Below the pieces are notes generated by a model, which ran no database searches, was not told the DNA's origin, and saw only the letters and a list, made by a program, of their open reading frames with translations. From Trichosphaerium sp. ATCC 40318 (lineage: Eukaryota > Protista > Tubulinea), in contig JALMLS010000271.1 in assembly GCA_038496445.1 (NCBI GenBank), positions 124,001 through 188,000 of the forward strand: a DNA stretch of 64,000 bases. Reading direction: 5' to 3'. Positions 17,165 through 29,788 of the stretch are shown here, in pieces. The first letter of the stretch is position 1, and the number at the start of each line of letters is the position of its first letter. A program made the position numbers and the translations under genes.

Positions 17165-17286
17165 AGCGCTTTGGTTAGCGTGGTTTAGGCGCTACCAAAG
17201 CGCTAGTAAGTTATATACACGTACGTTGATTTTTGAAGCAAAACATACAGCAAACAGTTTTCAATGCCTTCATACTGTTTGCTGTA
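17165..17286. other. Two adjacent strong stem-loops in intergenic DNA
   Basis: AGCGCTTTGGT/ACCAAAGCGCT (11 bp plus a further 4 bp, 17165-17204) and TACAGCAAACAGT/ACTGTTTGCTGTA (13 bp, 17246-17286). Confidence 0.6.
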
Positions 17287-17977
17287 ATGCGATAGCTTTG
17301 TAAGACATCACAACGTTTAATTCCCTTTTAGCTCATTTAAGACTCTTTGTTTTGATCGTACCGAGTACAATGTGCGTAGGTAAAATACTGTGATCATCTT
17401 CCATGGTCTATTAAAGCTGAGATTGAAATATTTTCAGACACTTGTAATTTGAATGATTTGTTTCAACATCTCAAGTGTTTTCAATTCGATGTCAAAGCTT
17501 GGCTATTTCTGTTTGTTTGGATATAAGTGGCCAGTGAAAATACGCTTCAACGCCCACGTGAGAGATATAGGTGAAGCTCCACTAGTTGGACCAGTAGATG
17601 TACATCAAATGAATGTTATGTTTTTTCTTAGTCTCACTCATACAACTGATTAAGGCAAAGCACATGTTGATTGCGCTAAATCCAAGCTCTGTATGCTATT
17701 CAGCAAGAGGGTGTGAAAGTGTTTTTTTTTTTTTCAGTCACGTGCGGTATTGTTTTCATTTATCTCCAGATGGTAAAACACCTTGTGCTTACGACTTTAT
17801 GTGAGCAAGAAAAGTCACTTGAGGAAACAAATACTGACCCATTCAACCCGACTAAATGTTCATTGTGGCTCAGGGTACTCAGCGTGCTCAAGGTGATTTT
17901 ACGTGAGTGGCGTCATTCTGTTTTCAGAGAAATCACAAATTCAACTGCAACCTTAGGCAATTTCAGAGAATTCGGAT

Positions 17978-17995
17978 ATTCATCGGACAAACTTT
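17978..17995 (+). promoter_or_regulatory. Conserved upstream motif ATTCAT(C/A)GGA(C/T)AAAC of the Cys-rich peptide family
   Basis: The motif recurs at 31738-31755 (+), 28930-28947 (-) and 19701-19718 (-). It lies 54-62 nt upstream of each ATG (55 nt for both 18051 and 31811). Confidence 0.55.
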
Positions 17996-18050
17996 AGTCT
18001 CTTCACGTCTGTGAACTTAAACCATACCAAAATAACCAAACAAAGACAAA

Positions 18051-18401
18051 ATGCAGCTCTTCTACATTACTATTGCTATTGTATTCCTATCACTATACGT
18101 ACAAACAACTGATGGTAAATGCGCTTTCAAATGGGCTTCTCGAACATTCAAACATGGAGGAAAAGGGTTCTGTGTCGAGAGATGGGGTTCTTGTCCTCTA
18201 CCAGGAGCTAATGGCAAATGGTATTCATCATACAACGAAATAGATGGAGGAAAGATTCAGTGTGCTGGTACTGGAGACTCAGGTAAATGCAGATGTAAGC
18301 GTTGTAAGAACAGAAACGTTGATGGAAAGAGCTGTAACAAAAGAATCACGTCTCAAAAAGTAACTGATTGTAATGGTCTCAGTACTTTCAAATGTGAATA
18401 A
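18051..18401 (+). CDS. Secreted cationic Cys-rich peptide (10 Cys), divergent member of the WGSCP family
   Basis: Hydrophobic signal peptide (about 22 aa). Motifs CxxKW, GGxx[FY]CxxxWGSCP and terminal [FY][KE]C are shared with 28470-28875 and 31811-32215. Intronless. Confidence 0.85.
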   Translation: MQLFYITIAIVFLSLYVQTTDGKCAFKWASRTFKHGGKGFCVERWGSCPLPGANGKWYSSYNEIDGGKIQCAGTGDSGKCRCKRCKNRNVDGKSCNKRITSQKVTDCNGLSTFKCE

Positions 18402-19238
18402 TTCTAAGCAAAGGCAATGATAACCTACCATACCCCTTAATTTTGGGTTTGTAGTAAAATAAAAAGAAACAATTTTATTATTATGTCAGTTTATTGACAC
18501 GACGGTACATTCCATATGCCTAGGCATGTAGCAAAGTAAACACCAACGATTGCGATCCCTTGTGACCACCATTAAACGATTGCAAGCTGTTGAACCACAC
18601 CCGCTGTGGGTACAATGGTTGTTTTTTAAAAAGGTTGATGGGTGTTGGGTGTTGGACTCCCGTCCTTTGGGTTTGATGGGTTTCCAGTACCTGTCTGGCT
18701 TGAAAGCGGCCTGAATAACATCTGCATGTGCTAAATGTACTTACCAATTGATGATAACGAATACTATCTATATTATTGCATTTGCTGAAAGTTAAAGTTC
18801 TAACACTCTCAGTTTGCTTTCTTCTATCAACTAACCAAGGAAAACTAACTATTAAATACAGACGATGTTGGGAGGAAGATAAAATGACTTATGGCAGTAC
18901 ACGTGTTTTACTCCGTTACAGACGTTTGGGTAAACTAAAAGTAAGATTACATAAAATAAGAAACTATTCCAGCATAATTTTCGGCATTGGTTAGAAGCCC
19001 ACCTGACGCCACTCTCTAAACTTGCTTGGTATGACAGCTAAAGTGTACACGTGTACGAACAGAATCAACATAAACACACAAATCCAATCATGACAATCTT
19101 CTTATATCGTTTGAATAAAGTGGTATTATTTTCGGCGAGGCTCAAAGTATTTTTGGAGGTGTGACTGACAAACGGACTTAACAAGTGGTCTCAGAAGAAA
19201 ACTTTGGTATGTGAGACATCTTTACTAATGTGTAGCGC

Positions 19239-19638
19239 TTATTTACATTCATAGCGGGTAACCTTAGGTCTACCTTCATAAAACATACTGCCATCATCAT
19301 GGTTACATCTTCCAGCGCTTGGTGTTCTCTGATTGCATCGTCTGCCACACTTTCTCTTGTTTGGAATTCGATAGAACTAAGTACAATGTAAGCAATGATA
19401 TCATAGCTTGTAAAAGTCCTGACCAGCACGTACATTACTATAATAGGTATCCGGACATGAACCCCATTTATCAGAACAATAAGTTCCACCGTTACCATCA
19501 GTCGGAGTAGAGTTTTGAGCACCATTTACCAACACATGATTCTTCTTCTTCGTTATTTCCTGCTACTGAGCATACAAACATCAATACAACGAAAATAGTG
19601 GTCAATGATAACATAGTCTTTGAAGAAAAGGTGTTCAT
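19239..19638 (-). pseudogene. WGSCP Cys-rich peptide copy 1, apparent 2-nt deletion near 19506
   Basis: Same signal peptide, intron and exon 2 (FYRIPNKRKCGRRCNQRTPSAGRCNHDDG...RYECK) as the paralogues. CTCTACTCCGACTGA here versus CTCTACGCTCGGACTGAT in copy 3 gives a premature TGA. Confidence 0.72.
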
Positions 19639-20077
19639 TTTGGGGTTAAATCCTTATTTTTATTTTTAGATGAGAGAAAACTCGTCAATTTTTGTTCACA
19701 TAGGTTTATCCGATGAATCCCCAATTTCACTTAACTTTCAAAAACATTATTGAGCTTTCAAAACACCATGGATGGTTGACAAAAACCCACAGATGTTAAT
19801 TCAAGAACGCTAAAAACGGTTCATTTAATAGGCGTTCAACCACGGTCAGTAGATGAACCAACAATGGTTCTAAGAAAGTAATATAAAATCTTCATTCATT
19901 ATCAAGCTAACATTGAAAGTGTGAAAATAAACTAAAACATCTGTTGACTCATGACTCAACTGTTGATGATTGTTTTGAACAATAAAAACTGTTCCTGTTT
20001 CATTTCAATGAATACTTAAGTTTATAAACCATCATCGCCAGATGCTTGAGTTGTCCACCCCCCACACCACTTTGTAT

Positions 20078-20704
20078 TTAAGGGACAGATTGTTTTAATA
20101 ACCGATGTACACCACAAGCTTCAAGGAACTTTCTAAAAATAGATATTCTACGAGGTAAACCAACATAAGAAAGAAAGTCTTTGTAAAACTCTTCTTTACC
20201 CTCCTCTGTCTTTTTTCCCTCTTTTTCAAATTCGAATGCCGCCATACTATATGAATGGTGGTATTTCAATGTGCTTCCATTCCATGTAATCGATATAATA
20301 AAATTTCTTCCTTTTTGTTCGCTGTAAACAACCTTTAGACATGAACCAGGTACAACAGCTTCCCATCCTTTGATTAAATGTTGCCTGTTGCTTCCTTGAT
20401 GATACCTATACACAAAACTCCAAGCAACAAGCTTAACAAGCCTTCCCATGCCTTCATTATTAGCCTTGACATACTCGTATGGCCAACCCTTATTTTTCCA
20501 GTTTGATTTGTGCCTGATTGTGTTTTTTTCGTTTCTGGGCTGTTTATACAATCTAATTTGCTTTCTATCCACAAATAAACTCTGTAAACTATCTATCTTT
20601 CCAATATCTAGCCAATTAGAGCATACTTTTAGAGAACAAGCATAAGAAGGCATGTCAAGGTATCCTATAATGTTGTAGAGTATTTCATTGGGTAGGTTCT
20701 CCAT
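20078..20704 (-). CDS. F-box domain protein, single exon
   Basis: N-terminal MENLPNEILYNIIGYLD...LKVCSNW matches the F-box pattern. C-terminal part not recognised. Confidence 0.75.
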   Translation of the reverse strand: MENLPNEILYNIIGYLDMPSYACSLKVCSNWLDIGKIDSLQSLFVDRKQIRLYKQPRNEKNTIRHKSNWKNKGWPYEYVKANNEGMGRLVKLVAWSFVYRYHQGSNRQHLIKGWEAVVPGSCLKVVYSEQKGRNFIISITWNGSTLKYHHSYSMAAFEFEKEGKKTEEGKEEFYKDFLSYVGLPRRISIFRKFLEACGVHRLLKQSVP

Positions 20705-21779
20705 TTTCAATAAGATAGTATTTTTGCTCACGTGAAAAAATGAATGTACTATGACATAGTCCACAGAAGTAAATCTAAGGCGACTTAAAGTTATTGTTTA
20801 ATTTTCTTAATTCCTTCTTGTAGAGCTGCTCCGCGAGAGCTAAAGCATCAGTCATGTCATTTATAATGCTGTGAATGGAGTACATCATGCGCTAATCCAG
20901 CTATTCTCAACGATTTGGTACCCAATTTGTTAACTTCTTTGTATTTGTTTCTAACGTATTGCAGCTCCGTGCAAAATGGGGCTTGCAAGGATACATCACT
21001 GCTGATAATGCTGTTCAGGTTGGTTATCATGTTATCTAAATGTAAGTATAACGTGGTTTTGTAGACGTACGCAACACACCAATACACAAACAACAGACAA
21101 ACATGCGAAATAGGATAGAAAATCACGGGAGTACAGAGATCCCAAGAAACCAGTTTTCGACTTTAAAGGTTAGTATAGTACTATGAGGCTTAGCATTCTT
21201 CATTTTTGCCAAGTTAAAAAGCCATAACTGAAATCCGCTCTAAAACTATTTTATTGCAGTATTCTCTTGTGAGGTAACAGGTTATACTCTTCTCTTAGGA
21301 GAGTGTTGTATATTTGTTTCACTACTCAAGCTGCTGGTACAGCTACTTCCCGCTTTTCTTTAATTGATTCAGCAACATTTTCTCTAATTTTGATTACCTC
21401 AATACACGTGCTTTCTCTTCATAGCTCTCGACTATCTTTAACACTTCTTTGGTGTTTGATTTTCTGTTAGGATAACTAAATTTTAACCATAATTCGGGCA
21501 TGTGACTGAACTAAAGTTGACTCACCACAGTGAACCTAACGCTGTACGAGTACAACCAGTGCACTGAGTCGCACTGGACACGAGTTTTAACCCCTGTAAT
21601 TTTTGGCATCGACTGACTAAGCAACTTGAAATGGTCTCAATTTCAGAAAAAACTAGGAAAAATAAATCGCCTAAGCATTCTATACCATTCACTCTATGTT
21701 GGTGCTGTGATGCTTGAAGCGTATTATCCAAAAAACTCATTTTGTATACAATTAGAATTTTCAAAGGCTCAAAGGAGTA

Positions 21780-22670
21780 CCCTTTGACGTTCAAGTCGGA
21801 AAGTCAGCTGTTTTTTTTCTCTTTTTCGGTGTAGTAACGTAACCTTTCTTTCAATGCTACTACTTCGCCCTGAAGTTTTTGCTTGCTGTTAAGTATCTGG
21901 CCAAGTTTCTCCTCTAACATGTCGTATCCTTTTGTGACGCCCTTGATAGTTTTTTCATGACCTTGCACGTAGCTTCTGTAGAACTTTATCAGTATTGTAG
22001 TGTGTTTAAAACGTGAACGTACTCTTCATACATTTGTTGCTTTACTTGTAGGTATTTAGAGTATTCACGTGTCATTCTGAACGCAAGTGCTGTAAAACAA
22101 CATTAATACATGAGAAAAGTTGAAGAAATCGTACAGTGCATAGAGAAGGTCTCGTATCTTTGCCCGCAAGCTTGCACGAACCTACCAAGTGAACAAGTAA
22201 CGTCATTAGCATCATCAATATCGTTGATATTGTTGTGGTAAAATGCATTGCGTTGATTTACCAAGTACTCAAATTCTTTGTAAGCGCATTCAGGATCGGG
22301 TAATATGGTTGCCACTTTGCTCCAATAGTCTGTTGGCATGCGCTTTATTCCACGCTCTTTTTTTCCCTGAATTTTTAAGCGCCATTTTGTCACGTCAAAG
22401 CGGATTGGGTCGCCTTTAGGGTCCATAAAACGGGCGTAAAAATCAGTTGATTTTAGTATGTCATTTTTCTTGGCGTGGCAGTATACTCTATACAACACTG
22501 AACTTGCAATCACGCAAGCAGCTCTCATCACACAAAAGAGTATGAAGAAGGGGTGTTTGTAACTTAGCGCTGTACTCTGATAGAACTGAAAAAGCTCTCC
22601 CCGGATTGCGTATTTGTATTATCGGGTATCTAAAACTTGTAAGAAAGTGAGGCGCATATTAAAAGTTCGT
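21780..22670 (-). pseudogene. 5'-truncated multi-exon hypothetical gene with an RxxxxH (HEPN-like) motif
   Basis: ORF 22103-22531 contains LVNQRNAFYHN, with further GT-AG exons down to about 21780. 21941-22670 is an inverted homologue of 27670-28375. Confidence 0.5.
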
Positions 22671-23039
22671 CCAGACGCCAATCCTTGTTGGCTTCAGTGT
22701 CTCATATAAGAGCTAATACTGAAATTACAGCTTGTCATAATCGCTTAACCCAACCTTGAACAAATAAAGAAAAAAACAAGAAAACTTGCGATGGTTAAAA
22801 GTGAGTACTCTGTTGACTACACTGTGCGGAGCGTCACTCTCATACCATTTGCTTTCATAAAGTTTACCATTCTATCTACTTCAGCGAGCGTATGTAACGA
22901 ACTCATCAATCTCAAACACATGTTTTGTACATTGGGTTCGCTCGTTAATATACCAATTTACTGCATTCTCTGTACGCCACAATTACAGTTATTTCCAAGA
23001 CATCTTTCATACTTTCTCGCATCATGATACTTTCTGTAA

Positions 23040-23110
23040 ATGAAAGGTCAATAGTATGAACACCAGCAAGGGCCCTTGATGCTTTCATTTGTTATTTCTG
23101 TATTTCCGGT
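23040..23110 (-). pseudogene. Isolated frameshifted LRR-repeat remnant
   Basis: Reverse strand reads TEITNESIK/(shift)LAGVHTIDLS, the same repeat as 11700-12784. Confidence 0.55.
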
Positions 23111-23181
23111 AAATATTATGAATCTACGGTCCTTTATGGAGATATTGGTTGACTTTTAAACTTCACCAACATAGAAAAGCA

Positions 23182-25328
23182 ATGCGTTGTGTTATTCTTC
23201 TTCTTGCTTTATTATCCATTGTGGCAGCTGAATCAATCGGTGGGCACGTTTTGGTACGGTTATTATTAATCATTTAAAACGACGTTTGACGGGCGTTAAA
23301 TTGCTTTTACAAGCAAACATAGTGTTTTGTACAGCTCTTAGTTATCTTTATTACGTTATTTATTACTATCGCTTATTACAGCCTGTAGGTCAATAAAGAC
23401 TACGGCGCTTACGTCTACTACAACGTACAACCAAGTCAAAACGATTTTAAGAAAGATCCAGTCGTTTTATGGCTTCAAGGAGGCCCTGGCTGTTCATCAC
23501 TGTTTGGTACGTCAAAAGAAAAAAAAGCAAGCACAAGAAATATCTTTTAACTTTTTTTTTTTTTAAAGGATCGTTTGTGGAGAATGGTCCACAGCTCATC
23601 TCAAAAAATGGATCTTTACATGATAACCCATGGTCATGGAATACAAATGCTACTGTTATCTACATAGATAGTCCAGTTGGTACAGGGTGAGACTGAGATA
23701 AAATTACAAAAAATCACGTGATTTTTTTTTCTGTTTCTGACTTTTTTTTCTAAAACTGAAGGTACTCCTACGTTGAGAATCCAATTGGTTATGTGACAAA
23801 TGAAAAAGTATTAGCAGAAGAGCTATATACTACATTATACGCTATATTATTCGACATTGTACCCGAACTTGGATCTTTACCGTTTTATGTTTTCGGCGAA
23901 AGTTATGGTACGTATTTTTTTGAATTTTTTCGGGTTTTTTTGGAATACCAGACAAGTAACTTTATTTTATCTCTTAGCTGGAAAATATGTACCTTGGATA
24001 GCGCACACAATACTTGAGAATAATCCTAAAGCTTCAAAAGAGATTCTACTCGAAGGTATTGGCATAGGCGACGGATGGGTTCAACCTTACTACCAAGGTA
24101 TGAAAAAATCGATTAAAACTCTTTTTTCCCGCGTGTATCACGTGTCTTGAAAGTAATTTTGTTTTTGCTTACACTCATCAACAGCTGGATCATATGCAAC
24201 GTTTTTATATTATCATAACTTGATAAACAAAGCTGAACTTGTACGTTGTTTTGGGAAACCCAAAAAAAAAAAAACTAAAAAAAACACATAAATAATGTTA
24301 ACTGTTTTATCTCCTTTAGGATGTTGCGAAAACTACCTTTGCACTTTATCAGGAACAAATTGATGCTGGGGATTATGTCCTAGCTGCTTTTACAGGCAAT
24401 ATAATGTAATAAGCAAGCGTGTTTGGACTTTGTTGTTAAAAAAAGTTGCTAGGTTGGGCGTTTTAGTTGAAGCTGCTGGTGGCGTTGATGTTTATGATAT
24501 TCGCGTCAAAGTTGATCCAACAGATGTCCTACAAGTTAGTCTAAAGCGTGATTAATCTAATATATTGATTATTGAACCTAGACCGCATTAACAAAGTATC
24601 TAAATGAACCAGCAACAAAGGCTAAGATGGGTGCAGGTAAGAGCCGATATAAGAGATAAGATATACTAAATCTCGTTTTTCTTTGTTTCAGGAAACGCTG
24701 AGTGGAGCGCTTGTGCAGTTGTTCCAAATTTATTCCTGTTGGATGATGAAACCAGGTCTTCTGAGATGCTATTCCCTGGAATTCTAGAGAAAATACCAGT
24801 TGCGTATCTGTTACACTCCTTTTGTCTGAAACCTGGTTTGAAACTTGGTTTTTTCTTCTCCTTGTGAATGCATCTCCTCGTTTAATGAATATCATAAACA
24901 GGATATTGCTAACTGGTTGTGATAGGTTCTATTGTACAATGGCGACTATGATTTGATTTGTAATATGTTTGGTACAACAGATTGGGCCTCAAGGATGCAA
25001 TGGCCATATAAACAGCAATTTGATGATGCCAGAAATACCACGTGGGTTGTAGATGGTTCAAAAGCAGGATACTACAAGGTAAGCGGTCAGAAGACTAATC
25101 ATGATAATAAATCACGTGGGTTTTTTTTGATTTTTGCTTTAACACGTGTTGTTTTAGGGCGCTGGAAAGCCTAAACTTACTCATTTGATTGTACATGATG
25201 CAGGTAAGACTTTGGCTTTGTTATAATTTTGTTGCTGACTGAGAACGTCCCTAGGACACATGGCTCCATTCAACCAACCAAAAAACACACATTCAATGCT
25301 GTACTCCTTTATCAAGGGCGACTTGTAA
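23182..25328 (+). CDS. Serine carboxypeptidase, peptidase family S10
   Basis: Signal peptide, WLQGGPGCSS, ENGP, IDSPVGTGYSY, GESYAGKYVP (catalytic Ser), YNGDYDLICN (Asp), DAGHMAP (His). Confidence 0.95.
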
Positions 25329-25659
25329 GATTGTAGCCTCCAGATCGTTGATAAAAAACTGTTTGATGAATATCACGGTTTTGTTTAAAACACATGTGTT
25401 TGCTTACATTAGCTGGTAGCTTGAGTAGTTACAACCGATTCGTAGGCTAGTAAAGAATCTTGAAATGAGACATCTTCATTCATAATTAAAGCGGTATGAT
25501 CATACTTGCTGATCCCTCATAGTACGCTTGTCTCCTATGCTTTCGTACTGTCACGTATAGCTTTTCTCCAAACAAACTTACTTTTTTGAATCATCAAAGT
25601 TGACATCTACTAAAAGTCAGCTACCGGTAAGGCAAAGTGTTTGTTGTGTTTCTACAAGC

Positions 25660-25757
25660 TCTTTTTGGTTGCCACTTTTACAGTTTAGTTACAGACTGTA
25701 ACTGCCAGTTCTTTTTGGTTGCCACTTTTACAGTTTAGTTAACAGACTGTAACTGCA
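25660..25757. repeat. Tandem duplication of a ~50-bp unit containing a palindrome
   Basis: TCTTTTTGGTTGCCACTTTTACAGTTTAGTT(A)ACAGACTGTAACTGC occurs twice. The unit contains AGTTACAG-A-CTGTAACT. Confidence 0.9.
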
Positions 25758-26962
25758 GAACTATGCAATGCAAAACTTGCATGGAGAGTTGGAAAGTAGT
25801 AACTATAGGTAGGCATGAGTTGCGAATTGCAAAAGGAACAAGAGACCCCAACATTAACAAAAATTGTAAAGATGATATATAAGCATTATGCTGGATTTTG
25901 TGCATCGTAAACCACAGGTTCAAACAAAAAAAAAGAGACTGTATACTGCGTTAGGGTGTTCAATTTTGTTTTGAAACATGCATACTAATTCGTCAAACAT
26001 CTCAAATTGCTGATCCCAAATACTTGGTCTAGAATGCCAGAATACTCATATACAATGTGTTGTTAAATGTTTTAGATTCGTTCATTTATAGTTCACTGTT
26101 GTTTGAAATTTCGAGAAGTACTACAAAGTGAGTGTTAAAATATGCGCTGGAACTATTTACCCGAGCCTTCTAGTGATATAAAGTATGTTTAACAACTACT
26201 AATAATGCCATTGAAGGGTATTGTAACATTCAAAGTGAACAACATACAAATGGGGATGAACAACAAATATTTTAACGAAAACAAAACTAAAAAAAAAAAG
26301 TATGTTTTGTTGTAATAGTTTCTTTTCAATGGTCACGTGTGATTATGAGGTTTGTGAGAGTTTCACCATACCCGATAATTCATAGAGTATGCAGTATATA
26401 TCTGAATTAGGTTATTCCGATAGTTTAAAGCTCCGGTATACCCGACTGAGTAAGAGTTGTTCTAGAAGTGTGTAGTATCGTATTTGTGAAACTTAAATCA
26501 CGTGAAACGCCTTCAGAGGTGTTTTCAGACAATACAAATCTCATGTTTTTAAAACAATTAGGTCCAGCACCTACCACGTGACAATACGATCACACAAAAA
26601 GTATGAAAAAGTCGTCAGAAAATTTCTCCTTGTCAAAACGTGATTGATTGACACATTTTTGGAATTCTTAAAACCACTTTAAAAACACCTCATATCATCA
26701 TGGTTCGTAACACTGTGCGCGAATTATCGATATTTATGTGTTTCGGAATGAAACTTTAGTTTTTAGTTAAATTTTTATAATTGAGCTTTAATTTATGCTT
26801 ATTTAGGGTCTCCGTGGCATTTCCAAGCGTCAAAGGCAAAATAAAAAATGTAGAACCAATTTGAACAAAAGTTTATTAACTTTATGTTTTCCTTTTCGGG
26901 TTTTGTGGTCTTTTCAAAAACATATTCAACCTCTGCCCACAAAGCAGGCAACACGTGATATA

Positions 26963-28375
26963 ATGTCTAACAGTCGTATTCCAAACCCGCAATCAAATCA
27001 TAGCAACACAGGTAGTACTACTTCGACAGGTAGTACTTTAGGTGGTGATTCAAATGGTATGTTATCTACAAGCGTTCACTTTCTTATCCCAGTAGCCCCT
27101 CAACAGTTACCACCAAGCTCCAGATACCTGGGAAATAACAATGGTCGTGAACAACACCGTCAATCTCTCAGTAAAGAGTATGCGACAGGTTAGAACAAAT
27201 AAAATGTTAACACAACTTTAGATCACAGGAGATGCTTTTAAAGAACTGGAAAGCAACAGTTGGAGGTATGTACTACGGAACATCCTTGTTTAATTCTTGC
27301 TCACTTACAAGCTAGAAAAGTTGAATAGAGGAAAAATTCAAACAAAAAAACCGAACCAGGCGAGATATGCTCCTTATCCTAAAGCTAGAAAAAAGAAGCG
27401 CACACCAAAGGAACAAGAAAGGTACTGTTCACCAAGAGTTTAATAGTTTGAAAATTTGCTTCAAGAGTCAGCACGTGATTTTTTCGAAGCAGTTCAAAGT
27501 TGTCACTTACCTTCCGTAGATTTGTTGTGGACAGTACTCGCATTCCTGCAGCTACTACACAACCAAAGCTGTACGAATCTAATTTTTTTCTCACCTGACA
27601 TCTTACGTAGTATTCAACAGCCAATCCCGAAGCCTTCGAAAAAAGCTGCGCCAACAATCACACCACATGCGTACTAACTTTTAATATGCGCGTCACTTTC
27701 TTACAAGTTTTAGATACCCGATATTACAATTACCCAATCCGGGAGAGCTTTTTCAGTTCTATCAGAGTACAGCGCTAAGTTACAAACACCCTTCTTCATA
27801 CTCTCTTGTGTGATGAGAGTTGCTATCATGATTGCAAGTTCAGTGTTGTATAGAGTATACTGCCACGCCAAGAAAAATGACATATTAAAATCAACAGATT
27901 TTAACACCTGCGTTTATGGACCCTAAAAGCGACCCAATCCGCTTTGACATGACAAAATGGCGCTTAAAAATTCAGGGGAAAAAAGAGCGTGGAATAAAGC
28001 GCATGCCAACAGACTATTGGAGCAAAGTGGCAACCATATTACCTGATCCTGAGAATTTGAGTACTTGGTAAATCAACGCAATGCACATTATCATAACAAT
28101 ATCAGCGATATTGATGATGCTAGTGACGTTACTTGTTCACTTGGTAGGTTCGTACACAGCTTGAGGGCAAAGATGCCCTCTCTATGCACTGTATGATTTC
28201 TTCAACTTTTCTCATGTATTAATGTTGTTTTACAGCGCTTGCGTTCAGAATGACACGTGAATACTCTAAATACACACAAGTAAAGCAACAAATGTAGAAA
28301 GATTACGTGCGCATTTTAAACACACTACAATACTGATAACAGAAGTAGGTGCAAGGTCTTGAAAAAAAATCAGGG
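26963..28375 (+). pseudogene. Multi-exon hypothetical gene, frameshifted and 3'-truncated paralogue of 21780-22670
   Basis: MSNSRIPNPQ... start with GT-AG exons and a basic ARYAPYPKARKKK segment. The 3' part matches 21941-22670 inverted, with several indels. NQRNAHYHN retained. Confidence 0.55.
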
Positions 28376-28381
28376 GAACTG

Positions 28382-29217
28382 ATAACATCAAAATTTATTG
28401 TAGTTTGTAACAAGTAGTCTCATAGCATAAATATCACGTGGACTGATCATCCATACCAATGTGTATTGCTTACAAGCATTCATAGCGGATAAGCGTAGGA
28501 ATTCCGCCAGCATACATTTTGCCATCATAATGGTTACATCTTCCAGCGCTTGGTGTTCTCTGACTACATTTTCTACCACACTTTTTCTTGGTTGGAATTC
28601 GTACGAACTAAGTACAATGTAAGCATATATATATCATAGCTTGTAAAAGGCAAGAATAGCATACGTACACCATCATAATTGGTGTATGGGCATGATCCCC
28701 ATACATCAGCACAATAAGTTCCGCCGCTACCACTAGTCCGAACGTAGAGTTTTGAGCACCATTTACCATAGCATGCTTCTTCCTCTTCGTCATTTCCTGC
28801 TACTGAGCATACAAACATCAATACAACGAAAATAGTGGTCAATGATAACATAGTCTTTGAAGAAAAGGTGTTCATTGTGTGGTTAAATCCTTATTTTTAG
28901 ATGAGAGAAAACTCGTCATTTTTTTTCACGAAGTTTATCCGATGAATCCCCGATTTCACTTAACTATGCCAACAACTTGAATGGAACCCGGTGTTTATGT
29001 TCCAAGAGATTGTGGTAATAATGAACGCCAGAACAAAGGTTTAAATTAATACTCCTAACACGACTACACGTGACTTCACGTAACACTGGAAATATTGTAT
29101 AGGCTCTAGGATAGAGCTTTATCCAATGCTTGTGGTGTCACGTAACTACACGATGTACACGAGAATACACGCACCATTTTTAAAACCATCTTTTTAAATA
29201 ATTACATATTCCATGCC
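28382..29217. repeat. Left arm of a ~0.84-kb inverted segmental duplication (partner 31451-32300)
   Basis: Highly similar reverse complement from ATAACATCAAAATTTATTG to ATATTCCATGCC. Covers the peptide gene, its 3' region and about 340 bp upstream. Confidence 0.92.
28470..28875 (-). CDS. Secreted Cys-rich peptide (8 mature Cys), WGSCP family copy 2
   Basis: Intron 28608-28668 (GTACGT...CTTAG). Spliced mature region ACYGKWCSKLYVRTSGSGGTYCADVWGSCPYTNYDGFVRIPTKKKCGRKCSQRTPSAGRCNHYDGKMYAGGIPTLIRYECL. Confidence 0.88.
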
Positions 29218-29788
29218 CTGTTTTCCAAAAGAAATAAATTGACTTGTTGCCCTTTGTTTCGTGTTGTATCAGGTATGGTATAAAAAGAATATTATCCGTA
29301 TTTGAACATTGACAATCTTTGTCAATGAAAGAGCTGACCTGGAGTGATAGTCCAGGTTTTTAGTTTGTCGTTACTCACAAATGTATGTACAAGAGATAAC
29401 CACTTGTGTTTTGTTAGAGACACCAAGATGTTGTCTCCTTCTCAACCAAAAAAAGGAGGAAGTATAAAGTATGATTTTGTCGTGGTGTTATAGTAGAAAG
29501 AGCAAGGTTTCATGAACACGCTTGACTGCAATTAACAAAAGTTTGTATTGTAAATAAAAGTTTCTGTAACAAAAAGTACTCTGTCACTGTTCAACTGAAT
29601 ACCACAATATTTTTTATAAACAGTACAATCACTAAAGTGATTATGATCCCAATTTTTTGTAAAAACTCCTTGGCTTTCCACAAGGAATACTGTCAACAGT
29701 TTTCAAGTCACTTAGCCAAATATATTAGTCGCATTCTCTGCTACCAATTTCATTGCTTTTTCGTTTCTCCACGCGGTGATCTTCAAAG

